Of a stretch of 64,000 nt of DNA, positions 1-14,619 are shown piece by piece. The notes under the pieces were generated by a model, which was not told where the DNA came from, searched no databases, and saw only the letters and a program-made list of their open reading frames with translations. Every line of letters starts with the position of its first letter. Positions within the stretch are counted from its first letter, which is position 1. Origin of the DNA: the human T2T-CHM13v2.0 reference genome, Homo sapiens; assembly GCF_009914755.1 (NCBI RefSeq), contig NC_060925.1; one strand, given 5' to 3'. Both the position numbers and the translations under genes were made by a program.

Positions 1-598
1 GGGGGAGAGAAGGGGGGCAGAAAGCCCCATTTACTAAACCTAAAGGTGGCTCAGGGAATGTGCAAACTTTTGAATCCCCCCTGCTCCACCACATAAGAGA
101 ATTCCAACTGCAGAGGAACTTTTCCTCCCCAGAGGAGATTCAGAGACAGGTGCAAGTCAATGCCAATAGCACAGGCACGGTGTGTGATGAATTTTCCAGC
201 TGATATAAGAGCTATGTCCTCAACAATTTCTCCCTGAACATTTTCTTTTCCTCCAGACGCCCTAAGCCCTTAAGCATGAGTTGTTTTCAATCATGGGCCT
301 GCAATTGGCTTGTGCCTCCAAACAGCTCTCCTTGTTTGCCTGGTGTAAGGGAGATTTGCGAACGTCTTTCTCCCTTACTGGTTAAACTCCAAGGCCACAC
401 AGCACGAGAGCCGGTGCTTTGGGGATGATTCTCTCTCTCCAGCAGGAGCAGCTGAAAGCCCCCTGCTGCCTTCATGGCAGAGCAGCTCCTCCTCCCAGAC
501 CCCACTCTTCTCATCTACTCAATTCCTGCAAAGGAGGTAGAAAAGATTCTCTTTTCCTCGTTCAGTCCACAGGTGTTTACTGGGTGTATCATGTTTCT

Positions 599-911
599 TT
601 TTTTTTCTTTTTTCTTTCTTTTTTTTTTGAGATGGAGTCTCACTCTGTCACCCAGGCTGGAGTGCAGTGGTGCGATCTCTGCTCACTGCAACCTCTGCCT
701 CATGGGTTCAAGTAATTCTCGTGCCCCAGCTTCCTGAGTAGCTGCGATTACAGGTACGTTCCACCATGCCTGGCTAATTTTTGTGTTTTTTAGTAGAGAC
801 GGGGTTTTGCCGTGTTGGCCAGGCTGGTTTCAAACTCCTGACCTCAAGTGATCCACCCACCTCGGCCTCCCAAAGTGCTGAGATTACAGGCATGAGCCAC
901 CACACCCGGCC
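599..911 (-). mobile_element. Alu SINE (AluS-type), full length
   Basis: Poly-T tail followed by reverse-complement Alu ending ...cacacccggcc; 17-bp TSD gggtgtatcatgtttct (582-598) / gggtgtaccatttttct (912-928). Confidence 0.97.
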
Positions 912-914
912 GGG

Positions 915-1390
915 TGTACCATTTTTCTGATGCTGCTGTAACAAGTTACCACAAACTTGGTGACTTAAAACAACATAAATACATCATCTTACAGACCTTG
1001 AGGCCAGACATCCAAAATAAGACTTACGGAGCTACATCTGGGAAATGTATGGGTTCCTCTGGAGGTTCCGGGAAGAATCCATGTCCTGGCTCTTTCCAGC
1101 CTCTGGAAACCACCAGAATCCCTGGGTTTGTGGCCCCTCCTCACATCACTCCCACCTCTTGCTTCTGTCATAGCCATTCCTGCTTCATCTCTGTTGTCAT
1201 ATGTCTCTCTGCTTCTTTCTTACAAGTACCCTTGTAATGATGTCAGGGCCCACTTGGATCCTCCGGGACCATCTCCCCATCTCAACTTAATCACATCTGC
1301 AAAGTCCCCTTGGCCATATCAGGTCACATATTTGCAGTTCCAGGGATTAGGACCTGACATCCTAAAGGACCGTCATTCAGCTGGCCACCC
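915..1390 (-). mobile_element. MaLR solo LTR, MLT1C-like
   Basis: gctgctgtaacaagttaccacaaacttggtgacttaaaacaac ... aacttaatcacatctgcaaagtccc ... gggattaggacctgacatc matches reverse MLT1B/C consensus. Confidence 0.85.
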
Positions 1391-1449
1391 TGGGTGCACT
1401 GGACACTGCATACCTTGAGCACACCACACCTGAAACCCCTCCCTAGCAT

Positions 1450-1920
1450 TGTAGAAATGCCCACCTAGGAAGGCAGAGCTAGCCACCTACTCTAGAGACA
1501 GAAAATTCCAGATGGCCCAGGACTTGCTTTCCCTCCTCTTCTGCCTCTAGGAGTGAAGCACATGACTCAGGCTCCGGCAGCCAGATGTACACTCTGCAGG
1601 TATTGCTTTGGCACACGATGGTGAAAAGACATGGGGAAGTGGAAAATTTAGCCTAGCAAGGGTGGGCAGCAGCTGCCACACTGCAAGTGAAGCAGTCTCA
1701 GTGGCAGGGGTTCTAACAGCACAGCCATGGAGCAGGGTTGAAGTGTCGGCGGAGCACGACCAATTCTGGGGTGTCATTTTGTTGCGTAGCTCACAAACCT
1801 GGCTCTCTGGCTTTCCCAGATATTTGGCGGGTCATCAGTGTCCTTGGATAAATTTATTTGCTATTTAAATTAACCAAAGGCTTTTTCCTGTTGCTTGCAA
1901 TGGAGAGACTAGGCTAGGTA
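1450..1920 (+). mobile_element. ERVL solo LTR, LTR33-like
   Basis: gcacatgactcaggctcc..ccagatgtacac and 3' end ataaatttatttgctatttaaattaaccaaagg..ctgttgcttgcaa. Confidence 0.6.
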
Positions 1921-1969
1921 GATTGTTCCTATGGCCTCATAATTGTTGCTAAGTCCCCAAAACTGAAGA

Positions 1970-2039
1970 AAGCTTCCAGGCCCTCACCAGAAGCAGGTGC
2001 TGGTTCCATACCTCTTGCACAACCTGCAGAACTGTGAGC
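1970..2039 (+). mobile_element. Isolated MST LTR fragment
   Basis: aagcttccaggccctcaccagaagcaggtgctgg..caacctgcagaactgtgagc aligns to 2642-2713. Confidence 0.75.
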
Positions 2040-2369
2040 ACATCTGAGGAGAACACGATGTTCTTTTCAGACTCAAACACATCTAAAGAGAACTCCTGGG
2101 AAGCCGTAAGCACACATCATCTGAGCGTCCTGAGGCAGCTGGAACATCTCCCATGAGCTGCCCTGCCAAACCCTCCTCCCAAGCCTGCACAGAACCTGAG
2201 ACAGGAAGAGAGTGAGAAGCATCAGGATTGGCAGATTGGGGATTGTGGAAGAAAAACATGGGGTTATGGTAAGAGGTCATTTCCTTCTTTCTGATGGAGG
2301 GGAGCTTCACTCTTCTCTATCCCAAATCACCTAGAGAGTGTGTATTTGGTGGGGGAGGGGGGATGGTAC

Positions 2370-2788
2370 TTATATGGTTTGGATATTTGTACCCTCCAAT
2401 TCTTATGTTGAATCGTGATCCCCAATGTTGGATGTAGGGCCTGGGGGAGGTGTTTGGGTCATGGGGGCGAATCCCTCATGAATGGCTTGGTGCTATTGTC
2501 ATGGTAATGAGTGAGTTCTCACCCTAATGGTTCACAAGAGAGCTGGTTGCTTACATAGTATGCACCTTCCTTCCATCTCTCTCTTGCTCCTCCTTTCACC
2601 ACCTGATGCGCCAACTCCCCTTCCCCTTCCATCATAATTGGAAGCTTCCTGAGGCTCTCACCAGATGCAGATGCTGGTGCCATATTTCATGTACAACCTG
2701 CAGAACTGTGAGCCAAATAAACATTTTTTCTTTATAAGTTTCCCAGCCTTAGGTATTCCTTTAGAGCAATGCAAAATGGACTAATTCA
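2370..2788 (+). mobile_element. MaLR solo LTR, MSTB-like
   Basis: Starts tatatggtttggatatttg, contains ccctcatgaatggcttgg, ends gcaatgcaaaatggactaattca. Confidence 0.9.
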
Positions 2789-3561
2789 GGGATCTAGAAG
2801 AATCACTTACAGATAGGATGGCTGCACATCTTGGCTCACTTGGGGCAGATTCACCCATTGTCTCAGAGTCATTTCTAGTAGCATCCCCTCTCACTCTCGT
2901 AAGTGTCCAGGTTTGGCCAATCAATTCTGTGGTCACCGATTTACTGAGCATTCATTTCCAGCAAGGCTTGCAGACCCACTCTAATGCTGGGACACAATAA
3001 TAAGAGGGTCCTTGTGAGAGAATGACATGGATCTCTTGAATTTGGGAGGGGAAATCTGAACACAGATCTATGCCTATTTTATACCTGATGCCAAAGAACT
3101 TGCTGAAATACCAGCTCCAGCAGGACAATGTGAAAATGGCATGTACTGGGTCTGGGAAGGAAGATGGAGAAACTCCCACCTTACCCTGATCCTCCACAAC
3201 TCTCAGAGTTCACAGAGAAATCTTCTGGGATTCCCTTGGTTTCATATGAAGAATTACGGAGGTTAGAGGAGGATGCAGGAGTTACGGAGATGCCGTGAAG
3301 ATGCTGCAGGTGGAGAAGGGTGGGATGTGGAGACCTGCATCCCTCTGAGCCATCCTCAGTGATGGAGGCTCCTGCAGTAAGAAGGAACATCACACCCCGA
3401 TAAAACCACACTCAGCCTCTGCACAGAGACACTCATCAGCAGAGGCCATAACTCAACTGAGCCACTTCAGGACAAAGGACAGCTCACCATTACCAAGAGC
3501 TGCTCCTTGCATAATTTGACCGTTGTTTTCCCTCTTCAATCCCCGACACCAGAGGTGTTAC

Positions 3562-3783
3562 CAAGCTTGTCCAATCCACCTTATTTTGTTGTTATTGTTA
3601 CTGTTGTTCTGTCTTGCTTTTTTTTTTTTTTTTTTTGAGGCTTTTAGTAGCCTGAAGCTGTGGTTTTTTAGTTTCCGTCTCTAGTGATAAGCAGAAAAGA
3701 GGGATGAAAAGGGGGCATTACTAGCCCAGCCAGAAACAGAAACTAAGAACCCATGCCTGTATTCTTTCCCTTGGACATCCCTG
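3562..3783 (-). mobile_element. hAT-Charlie MITE, MER107-like (MER30-type termini)
   Basis: Termini caagcttgtccaa / ttggacatccctg; internal gaaacagaaactaagaacccatg; internal T-run; 8-bp TSD not evident. Confidence 0.75.
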
Positions 3784-4109
3784 TTAGAAACTACAAAAGG
3801 GTGGAGGGAACAGGAGTGACCTACTCTTTCCTCGCCCCCTCTTCACCCCATGGGCACACACACAACCATATCCAAGTTCTTTAGCTGAGGGTCTGGGCCA
3901 CACAGGGTCAAGAAGAGTGTTGAAACATTTACAAAATTAGAACTTTAAACAGGACTGGACTAATTTGAATGAACAGCAGCAACCGAGACATTCTTAAGTA
4001 ACAGGAAAGGAGGGCTTAACATAGCATGGTTAGTGAAAGAGATTGAGGAACAAATTTCCACTGAGTTGAGAGCGTTCCATAAACCAGGTTCAAGCTCAGG
4101 ACAAACATC

Positions 4110-4597
4110 TTTTATTTTCACTTGTCCAGCATTCTCTTCCTCCTAATTTTCCACTGGGAAAATACACACTCCCCATTCCCAGTTTCTGCGGCGGAGGAAG
4201 GTCTGCCCATTGTGCACCTTCCACCCACCCATCTTCCTCATCCCCAATCCGGAAGTAGACATGTGAGTCAGGTCTTGCCAATCAAGAGTGATTATCAACT
4301 AGCACAGCTTCTGCAGGGAATCTGTTGGAAGGAGAGGTTGTTTTTCCACGGTGGTTACTCAGCTGGTGGAACCGCCAGCCTGGAATTCATGATCACTCTC
4401 TGGCCTCTGACAAGGGAAGAGCTCGTGTGAACACAGAGAAAAGGAGGGCCAAGAGACACAGAGCACCTGGATACCACTGTGCCTGAAGCTAGATACCCCT
4501 GAGCTTTTTAGTTTTATGAACCAATCCATTCCCTTCAATGATTAAGACACTTTGAAGTGGATTTGTCACTTTCACTGAAAAATACTTACCTGATGCA
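4110..4597 (+). mobile_element. Old MaLR LTR (MLT1K/L-like)
   Basis: gcacctggataccactgtgcctgaagctagatacccctg..gaaccaatccattccc..tttgtcactttcactgaaaa 3' signature. Confidence 0.6.
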
Positions 4598-4624
4598 GAT
4601 GTTCAAGTAAGTGGGAAAGGAAGG

Positions 4625-4995
4625 TGTATCAGTCAGATTCTAGCAGGAAACAAAAGACAGGAGATAGATGAAGTTAAAGGAGCCAACAAGAGATAGTAAG
4701 GTACCCAGGCAAGTGTGGAAAGGCTTTACCATCCCTAGGCTTGTGCTACTGGAGTCCCATGAGAGCAGGAATTCTGAAAAACGGGTCACCTGCTAGATGT
4801 CACAGCCACTTCCTTAACTGTGCTGAGTAGAGACCTCCCGGTCTTTGACCTCCTGCAAGTACTTCCCGTTGGCCAATCTCAGAGGGAGGGAAGTCAGGGT
4901 GATGCAAAAAGTAGAGAGGGTGTCTCCATGGCATTGTGCAGATGAAAGCAAAGAGGAGAGGTTGTGGGAAGACAGGGGGCAAATGCAGACTCACA
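4625..4995 (-). mobile_element. Old ERVL LTR (LTR41/LTR52-like)
   Basis: tgtatcagtcag..caggaaaca start; gttaaaggagccaacaagagatagtaaggtacccagg; gggggcaaatg end. Confidence 0.5.
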
Positions 4996-7900
4996 AGCTG
5001 AGGATGCTTCTAATCTCCCTGCAGTATCCCTGTTCAGACAAACAGCAGGCTTGGGGGGGCCTCACATCCTCCAGTCATTTTTAGCCTACAATGAGTGCCC
5101 CATGAAAATCAAATGGCACATTGACATCACAGAGAGCAGGAATGAATGCTGGTATTGTTGATCCTTGGTCATTCCCGTCTGAGTTCAAGGCTGTTTTCCC
5201 CATGGTATTGTGTCCATTGTTCCACGGCTGGTGTGTCCTTCCTCCTTTCCCTGAATTCCACCCTTTGTTCAAGACCTAAAGTTTCATCTTATTTGTGAAT
5301 CTGCTCCTGACCTCCCCAACCTGTGGCGCCCACACCACCTTAGCCTCACTGCCATTGATAGCACTTTTCTGATCATGGGGACACAGAGTCAGGGCTAATG
5401 CCTCTGATTCACTCATTGGAGTCAAGATATTTCTAGCCTCCTTAGGGCTCGCATCCCATGAGGAAGGGCTGGGTCTTACGCTTGCTGCACTCAGGGTTTC
5501 CACCCCATTTTCCCTTCATCACCTGCTGCCCTCCTCACTCATCCCTGCCCATGTGCCATATACCAGGCTGTAAATGATAGGCACCTAATGCATATTTATG
5601 AGCTGGAGTGTTTGGGGAGGAGAAATTGTTTTTGCTTGGCTAAGTCTAGAATCCTAGAACCACAATGTTTATAAAATATCTTTTCAAAGAGAATAGGGCA
5701 GCTTTGAACAAGGAAAAATGAATGAACCAACACAAGAAGAACTGTTCCAAGACCCATATTCCCAGTTAGTTTAGGGCATGGGGGATGGGATACACAAGAG
5801 ACCTAAAGTTTCAGGGAAACTCATCCATTCAACATCCCATGCCCCCTTAAAATCTTGTCAAGGTGATTTTATCCATGCTGCTGTCTATGCTTGCCACTCA
5901 GAGTTAATCAATCTTACAGTCTTGGAATGAAAAGTTACATTGCATTTCTTAGTTGCTGTGAGAAGCACAGATTACTTTTGGGATACTTGATCTTGGTTCC
6001 TGCCATCATCACCTCATGGCCCATGGCAGAGGAAGGGAGCCCTTGATGGGCCAGTTGCTGCCTTTCTACACAGAGATTCCAGTGCTGCCCATGGGGGCCC
6101 ACCCTGCACCACATGAGCCACCTGCAGAGAAGGAGCCCTGGTGGCCTGGGCTTGAGAGAGCAAGGGAGAGCCTGCACCATGGATGTGCTATGTCAGTTCA
6201 TGCTGCAGGAAGGCACTGACCCTCCCCACACAGTCAAAGACTTGGTTAATTTCTCAGAGGGCCTCTCATTTTCTATCCACTGATTTCAGAGTTTTCTCCT
6301 GGAATTGCAAATCATGGCTCTTGAAGGCCGCTGGCTTGATAGGCCGGTTACACTGCAATTGGGCAATATTGCTGTATTCTGGGCTGTTGCAGGCCAGGGC
6401 CTATGGGGGTCCTCTGGGTGGGAATAAAATGCATTACCTTCAAAAGCTATTTACTTCCTTCAGCTGCAGCTCAATCTAATGCCACCCTCTTGTTTCCAGA
6501 AATGTCATAAATAACAATATGATTCCCAAGCAAGAATACTTCCAGCAAGTTTGTATTAAACATTTAAAAAATGTTTTAAAATTTGCAGAATTAGAAAAAA
6601 TAAATCCGAATTTAAAATAATAATAAATGGGGAAAACTGCACAAAACCCAACCTGCATTCTGTTGCAGTTCACCTTGGAGGACAAGGATGTTGCTTGAGG
6701 AAGGTGGTTCTCAGTAACGAGAGAGGCACCAAGGTGAATATGTCACAGCAGAGCTTCAATGGGGAAATTAAAAACATATCACAAAGAATATGTAGAGCTG
6801 CTCTGAATACTTATAGAATGAACAGATCACAGATGATGTCTCTGCAAAAGTGCTTTCCCCACCTGTTCAGCTGAGTCCAGTTAACCAGACCTACTCAGTT
6901 TAAACACAAAGGAGGCATTAGGGCAACAAAATAAGCTGATCTGATGACTCACCTTTAAATCCGCTAGCTTGGACCTCAGAAAGGGACAGTTCACAGTTTA
7001 CAGTGCAAACATATATCCAGAGAAAAAGAGTGATTTCTCGCTATTTCAAAGTCAGCAAGAGGCAGACTTTTTCCTGGCCACATGGCTCCAAACACTTGTG
7101 TACACACCACTTGGGAAGACATCACCTCCATGCTGGGTTAATTTCCTGAGCTCTATGGGGACAGCACGTCTGGCTCCAGCCTCCCTAGCTTGGCTTAATT
7201 TTGTTTGTTTCTCCCTCAAAAAAGAGCTTTGCTCTTTGCCCACCTATAAATAATACACTATCAGGTCTTTAATGATTAGGAGGTTGGGTGAACTGCTCTT
7301 CAATGCAGAATGAAAGAGTGAGGCCCGTGTGCCCCTGCGTCCACTCCAAATTCCACCTGAAGGTGGATATGCAAAAGAAACAGCAAGTAGCTGGTGCTCC
7401 GGAACTTGCTTGTGCCAACCACAAGCATCTCCTGGTTTATACACTCATAATCCCAGGGAATGTCAGCTGCAGTGGCATGAGATGAGATGTATGATTTATT
7501 ATAAGAGATTCCACACTGTGTGGGTCAATAAGAAGCTCATTGAACATGAAAATTCTCTCCTTGCCATCCCAGAGAGAGAATGACAAATCTAACGCCCATG
7601 CTGGGTAGAACCCCATCTAAACCCAATTATATGCTGTAATTGGCGCTCAGCATAACACGAGCTAAGGGAAAACTTCAAACACTTTAAAGGTTCTATTTTC
7701 AATCTGCCTTTTGAGTTTACTTCCCTTAATGCAATTCGGTGCATGATGACTGAACACCTACTGTGTGCCAGGCTTAATATGTCACTTAGTCCTTAAGGAG
7801 CTTGCAACATAAAGGCGGAAGCCACCTATTCATCTCCAGCCATGCTGTTTACCAGTGTGGTCAGCTAGAAATGCAAGTAACAGTCAGGAGTTTCATCTGT

Positions 7901-8142
7901 TTTCCTCAAACTGGCCTCCTCTAAGTTAGAGGATCTAGGAAGCAGACATACCTGAAAGCGGGCAACAAGAGAAAGAGAAAGAAAGGCGCCTGAATAATCT
8001 GCAAACTATAAAATGGACATCACATGATTTGTCTTTTGTTGCTTACAAAAGCCCTGAGAGACAATAGCCCCAACCCTACCAGGATGTGGTGTGCATTGGG
8101 TGGGTAAGGTCTATAAAGGGTTTAGAACTTTATCAGTGTTAG

Positions 8143-8857
<715 letters not shown>

Positions 8858-9434
8858 TTTAGTTTCCTACTGCAGTGTGTGTGTGACAAATTGTCACAAA
8901 TTTAGAGGCTTAAAACAACACTTATTTAATATCTTATGGTTTCTGTAGTTCAGAAATTTGGCATAGTATGGCTGGGTTCTCTGCTCAGGATTTTGCAAAG
9001 CTAAAATCAAGGTGCCAGCTGACTGCATTCTCATCAGTGGCTCCACTTGGGGAGGATCCACTTTCAAGCTCTCTCAGGTGCTTGGCAGAAATAATTTCTT
9101 TAGGACTGTAGAATTCATGGCAGCTTTGTTCTCCAAAGCCAGCAACAGAAAGAAGTCTCTTCTGTTTACAGCCTCTGACTTGGAAAAAGTCCTGGACCTT
9201 CTTTGAAAAGGCTCCACTGATTGGGTCAGGCCCACCCAAGGAAAACACCCTTTTGGTTAACTCAACTGATTAGGAACATTAATTGAGTATTTCTACTTTT
9301 GCCACTGGCCATCACTTAGAAGTGGCATCCATCATATTCACAAGTCCCTCTCCCACTCAAAGAGAAGGGAATATACAGGGTGTCTGTGGCAAGAGACGGA
9401 AATCTTGGTAGCATCTTAGAAGTCTGCCTACCAC
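8858..9434 (-). mobile_element. MaLR solo LTR, MLT1E-like
   Basis: ttagtttcct..ggcttaaaacaacac..ctgattgggtcaggcccacccaag..gcatcttagaagtctgcctaccaca. Confidence 0.85.
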
Positions 9435-9479
9435 AGTGCCCAGCATGCACATGAGTACCTAAGAGATGGTAGCCACACT

Positions 9480-9640
9480 TATCTGAATCCTCCTTAACAT
9501 CACCATTACCTCTACTCTCCATGCTGCGAAGCTGAGGCTGGGGTGGGTTAAATAACCTGCTCAAGATCTTACAATTAACCAATAGCAAAGCCAGAATTTG
9601 AACCTAAGACTTCTCATTCAAAACTGCATGTTCTCTTCCA
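9480..9640 (-). mobile_element. MIR SINE fragment
   Basis: gaagctgaggct..ttaaataacctgctcaag..agccagaatttgaacctaag core. Confidence 0.65.
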
Positions 9641-9689
9641 TACAACAGCCTACTACAAGAAAACCAATGAAAACCAAGTAGGGGTGTTG

Positions 9690-10630
9690 TCTCTGTGTTA
9701 AATTTGGTGATCCGCCTTTCCTGGGGTAGGAGGGAAACAGATATACACATTAGATTCTTCCTTAAGAGTCATTCTCCATCTTTCTTTGATAATGTAATTC
9801 CAAATTTTTCAGCTTTGAGCACAGATATTTATGTACTTATGAAAGGTACACAGGCCCTCTCCCCAGGCCTAAGGATTCATCATGCTTGCTCTAAGCCAAT
9901 CAAGGCATTCCAATTCCTCTTTTCCCATTGTGTTCAATGATGTTAGTGGAGATCTACTTGAGGATACAGGGAAAGGTCTCTGTATTCTCACGCTTCTAAT
10001 AAAGACATACCCACGACTGGGTAATTTATAAAGGAAAGAGGTTTAATTTACTCAGAGTTCAGTATGTCTGGGGAAGCCTCACAATCATGGCAGAAGTTGA
10101 AGGAAGGACAAAGTCATGTCTCACATGGCGACAGGCAAGAGACCTTGTGCAGGGGAACTTCCCTTTATAAAACCATCAGATCTCATGAGACTTATTCACT
10201 GTCATGAGAATGGCATGGGAAAACCTGCCCCTGTGATTCAATTACCTCCCACTGGGTCCCTCTCATGACACGTGGGGATTATGGGAGCTACAATTCAAAA
10301 TGAGATTTGCGTGGGGACACAGCCAAACTATATCAGTCTCCCTCTCAATAAAGGAGAAAAGCTTAAGAGATGAAGGTCTCTTTGCTCCTTTTCTCCTGGC
10401 TTTTTTTGTCATGACTTGAACACAGTTGCAGGAAGTTGTGATGCTTGGAACCGGGCTACCATTTTGAAAGTTCAGAAGTTAACAGAGAACATTGTCCCAG
10501 AGTCCTGATCTTGTCAAATGCTGACCTAGTCTTGGCTCTGACTTCCACCAGGCTTCTTGTCAGCTAGACTAAACGTTCACATGGCCTAAGATACTGCCAG
10601 TGGCCTAAAAGATGAAGGCATTCCAGCTGA
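9690..10630 (+). mobile_element. Old MLT1 (J/K-like) LTR interrupted by THE1
   Basis: tctaagccaatcaaggcattcc; gtgatgcttggaaccgggctaccattttg; 3' gaaggcattccagctgaga. Confidence 0.5.
9981..10335 (-). mobile_element. THE1 (B/C) solo LTR
   Basis: aataaagacataccc..ggggaacttccctttataaaaccatcagatctc..cagccaaactatatca; perfect 5-bp TSD gtctc/gtctc. Confidence 0.95.
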
Positions 10631-12279
10631 GAGATAATGAGAGGGAAAGGGAATGAGAAGAAAAGGGAAAGGAAAGAGAGGAAGGGAGAGAATGAGATAC
10701 AGAAAGAGAATATGATTGGTTGTAAAAGTGTTGTAGGAAACCCAACTACCTGTTAGGATATAAGGAGATTCATCTTCTCTCCCACTACAAGGACCAATAC
10801 CCCTGCAGCTCAGAATGGGGGTTTTGGAGCTGCAGGGAATGGGACAGGGCCACCTGTCAGTACTCGTATTCTAGTAACCTCCTCTACATTTGTATAACAT
10901 CATTAAATATTCAAAAATAATATTTCTTGATCAGCTGGGCAAAAACTTCAAGAATGTAGGGAACATCTGTGAGACTTACACACACTTACCACTAGCTGTC
11001 TTAAGATAGTCATACTGGAATCAATGGCTAAAAGCAAAGGAATATGATTTGAGACAAACTTTTCCCATTAACTACTGACACTTTCAGCAAACTAATGCTT
11101 AGATATTTTTCCCCAGGAAGCCTCTACCCCTGCCCAGATCATTTGGAAACAGACTCTCTTCTTCCCCCGCCCCTTCCCCATGCCCCATATCACCTTTTAA
11201 ACTCAGCACCAACATTGGTGTCTCCATTCTGGGGTTCCTGACAGATAAGGCTAAGACGGAGAATCAGCTCTTTACTACCCTCTTTGAACCTTATGTGTGA
11301 ACCACAAACCCAAAAATATAAAGTAGAAAAGGGACCAGGGCAAGCTCAGTTAATTTGTGGTTCTCTCTAGTGCACTGGGATAAGGTTCCAGAAATTATGG
11401 CAGTTCCTTAGTCTAAACCTAAGGCTCAACATTGTGGGCAGTTAGCAAGCGTTTTTCCTTAATACAGAAGGACAAATAATTTAGGACAAGACATGGGCTA
11501 GGTCTGATAAAATAAATGCATTCACATCTGATTTAACTCTTCTGCAAGTATAATTGCCTGTATCCCAGACTGAGCTAACATTCTTTCTAGCAGCCATGTG
11601 ACCATGATCAAACGACCACAGAATATATGCTTCTTTACGTGCAACATACTATGGTAGGCGGGGCATAGACCCTGCCAGCAAGAAGCTTACAGTGTAGAAG
11701 GGGAGGCAAGACAGTTCTGTGGGAAATTATATAATAAGAGATTCAAATATCATTTCTAGACAACAAGAGAAGAGATAACCTAAGGCAAGACATGATTAAT
11801 TGCCAAGTGAATTGTTCAGACAGTAATGACAAGAGGTCAGAGTGGAGAATGATTGCTTTGGTCTAGGGCAATCAAGGAAGGCTGTATCATTCTACAATTA
11901 GAACTGTGAAGACAAGTCAGGGTGGTGAGCAAATGAGTTTAATATCTATTCCTCAAGAGAGAATATTGGAAATAAGGGTGGTAAGGAAGATGGGAGCCAG
12001 CGTTTGGAACATCTGTGTTCTTCTCTTGTCAAGAGGAGACCTTATTCTGGGGAATTCCTTTGAAATGGCATATAATGTCATAGGGAAAGTGGAAAAGAAA
12101 AGTAAGAAGGAGAATGACAGTAATTTCCATGGATAAAGCCTGCAGTCTTACACAATGCATCTTCACTCCATGAGTAAATGTTTGGTTGGACTGGATTCAG
12201 TATGGACCACCAGAAGGAAGAGAGCCTGACTGTGCTGCTTTAAGGATGTTCTTCATGAAGTGAAGAAGAAGCCCTAGGA

Positions 12280-14600
12280 TACTTGCTTCTGGAAAAGCAA
12301 ACAGTATTGAACTTTCCTTCTTTCTCTAAACATCTATAAATCTGGACAGAATATATAAGGCAAATGTTTTCAGGCAATGGAAGATAGCAAAGATTGAAAC
12401 CCCTGAGGGAGGAAAACATATGAAGAGATCCTTAAATTTACCCCACTTCTCTTCCTGAGGACAAGACAGTGCACAGAGGTCCCACTGAGCTAAAGAGGTG
12501 GATATTTGAATTTGGTGGTGCTGAAGCAGCTTGAATTTGTGATGACAAATACAGGGGAAAAGGAGCTGCAACAGGGGAACAGAAGCCTGTGCAGGGTTCC
12601 CCATGGAACAAAGGTTGGTCAGTTGGCCAATGGCTGGGCTGTATTCACACAGGGAACAACTTCTCAAATCCTAGCAGAGAGTGGCTGAACTCCATGGGGT
12701 TTAGAGAAGAACAATACTAGAAGTCTCGCAGTGCTTCAAAGAGGTCTCATTAACCATCTGGACTTTCAGTTAAGAAGCCAGAAAAGGTATGGATTAGGAG
12801 TGAGGGCTGCGACTCGAAGTAAGAGCTACCTCAGATCCCTTTTCCCTCAATAAAACTGAAAACCAAGCCTAGACAGAGTTAAGGACAATAGCATATAAAT
12901 TAACAATTTCATAAAACAAGGCTCAATCTTCTTTAGAAGACAACACAATACAGATTTCCTACAATGGATCATACACAATGTCCAACATCTAAAAAATTAC
13001 TAAGCATATGTAAAACCAGAAAAATGTTATCCGTGATCAACAAGAACCACTCAATAGAAATATTCCCTAGATGACATGAATGATAGAATGAGGAGACAAA
13101 GATTCAAAGCAGCTATGTGAAGATGCTGAAAGACTTATTTAAAATATATTCTTAAAGAGTAAATGGATAGGGAATCTCACTAGAAAATGAAAATACAGAT
13201 GTTAATAAACTTACAATGGAGTTACATCCTGCTAAAATCATTGTAAGTTGAAAATATTGTAAGTGAAACACATTTAATACACCTAATGTACCAACCATCA
13301 TAGCTTAGCCTACCCTGCCTTAAACGTGATCAAAACACCTACATTATTCTATCGTTAGGCAAATCATTTAACAAAAAACATTGAATGTCTTATGAAATTT
13401 ATTGAATATTGTACTAAAAGTGAAAAACAGAATGGTTGTATGTATACTCAAAGTATGGTTTCTACTGACTGCAGATCACTTTTGTGTGATTGTAAAGTCA
13501 AAAAATTGTAAGTCAAACCATTGTAAGTCAAGGACAATCTGTAATTAAAAAGAACCAATGGGTATTCTGGAAGAGAAAACTAAAACATCTAACATTAAAA
13601 AAAAGTTGAGAAGCTTAAGAGAAGATTAGAAATGCAAGAAGAAAGAGTGGGGAAACTTTTTAAAAAGAGAGAATTAACCTAATCTGAAGAATGGGAAAAA
13701 TGAGTTTAAAAAATATGACCAGCGCTCCAGCAACCTTGTATTATTTAAAGTGGTCTAATGTTCATGTAAGTGGAATCCAAGAAGGAAAGGAGAGAAAGAG
13801 AGTGGGACAGATAAAACCTTAGAAGAAGGCATAATGATCACATTTTTTACAAATTTGGTGAAAAATATTAACTGACAAATCCCCAAAGAATGGCAAATCC
13901 TAAGTAGGATAAATACACAGACAAACACGCCTAAGGACATCATGGCAAAACTGTTGAACACTAAAGCAAAAGAAAAACATCTTAAAAGCAGCTAAATAAA
14001 ACCAGCATATTAAATATAGGGGACTAACATGAATGATGGCTGACTTCTCGTCAGAAAGAATGAAGGCCAGAAAACAATGGAATTGCAACTTTAAAGCAGA
14101 AAAAGAAATTTTCAATGCAGAATTCTATACCCAATGAAAGTCTTTCAAAAATGAGAGTGAAATTTTTTTAAAAACTTGAGAGAATGTGTAGCATTTGAAC
14201 TGCCCATAAGAAATACTAAAGAACATTATTCAAGCCAAAGGGAAATTGTACCAGATGGAAGCATGTATCCACAGAAAGAAATACAGAGCACACATAATAA
14301 TAAATATGTGACTAAATATATTTTTAAATACAGATTATTTTTTTACTAGTGTTATTAAAAGGAAAATTATTATCAAAAAATAGTAATGAAGTGTAGTTTT
14401 TAACACACATAGAAGTAAGATCTATTATAACAATAGCACAATCAGATGGTCAAATAGAATTATAATTTTGTAAAGTTCTTACATTTGTGAAAAATGAAGT
14501 GACACAATGAGTAGATGGTGGTAACTGAAGGATATGTATTGCAGCCCTAGAGCAATTTCTAAAAAGAGTAAAACTCCCAAATAAATAATGAAATAAAATG
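12280..14600 (+). mobile_element. Old L1M (MC/MD-like) 5'UTR and degenerate ORF1
   Basis: A-rich L1 ORF1-like sequence, e.g. cacgcctaaggacatcatggcaaaactg..ggctgacttctcgtcagaaagaatgaaggccagaaaacaatgg..cagaattctataccc. Confidence 0.75.
13196..13541 (+). mobile_element. TcMar-Tigger MITE, MER47A-like
   Basis: Degenerate TIRs cagatg..aacttacaatgg / ccattgtaagtcaaggacaatctg with TA TSDs; internal catcatagcttagcctaccctgccttaaacgtg. Confidence 0.85.
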
Positions 14601-14619
14601 TGAAAACCCTAGTACAGTT

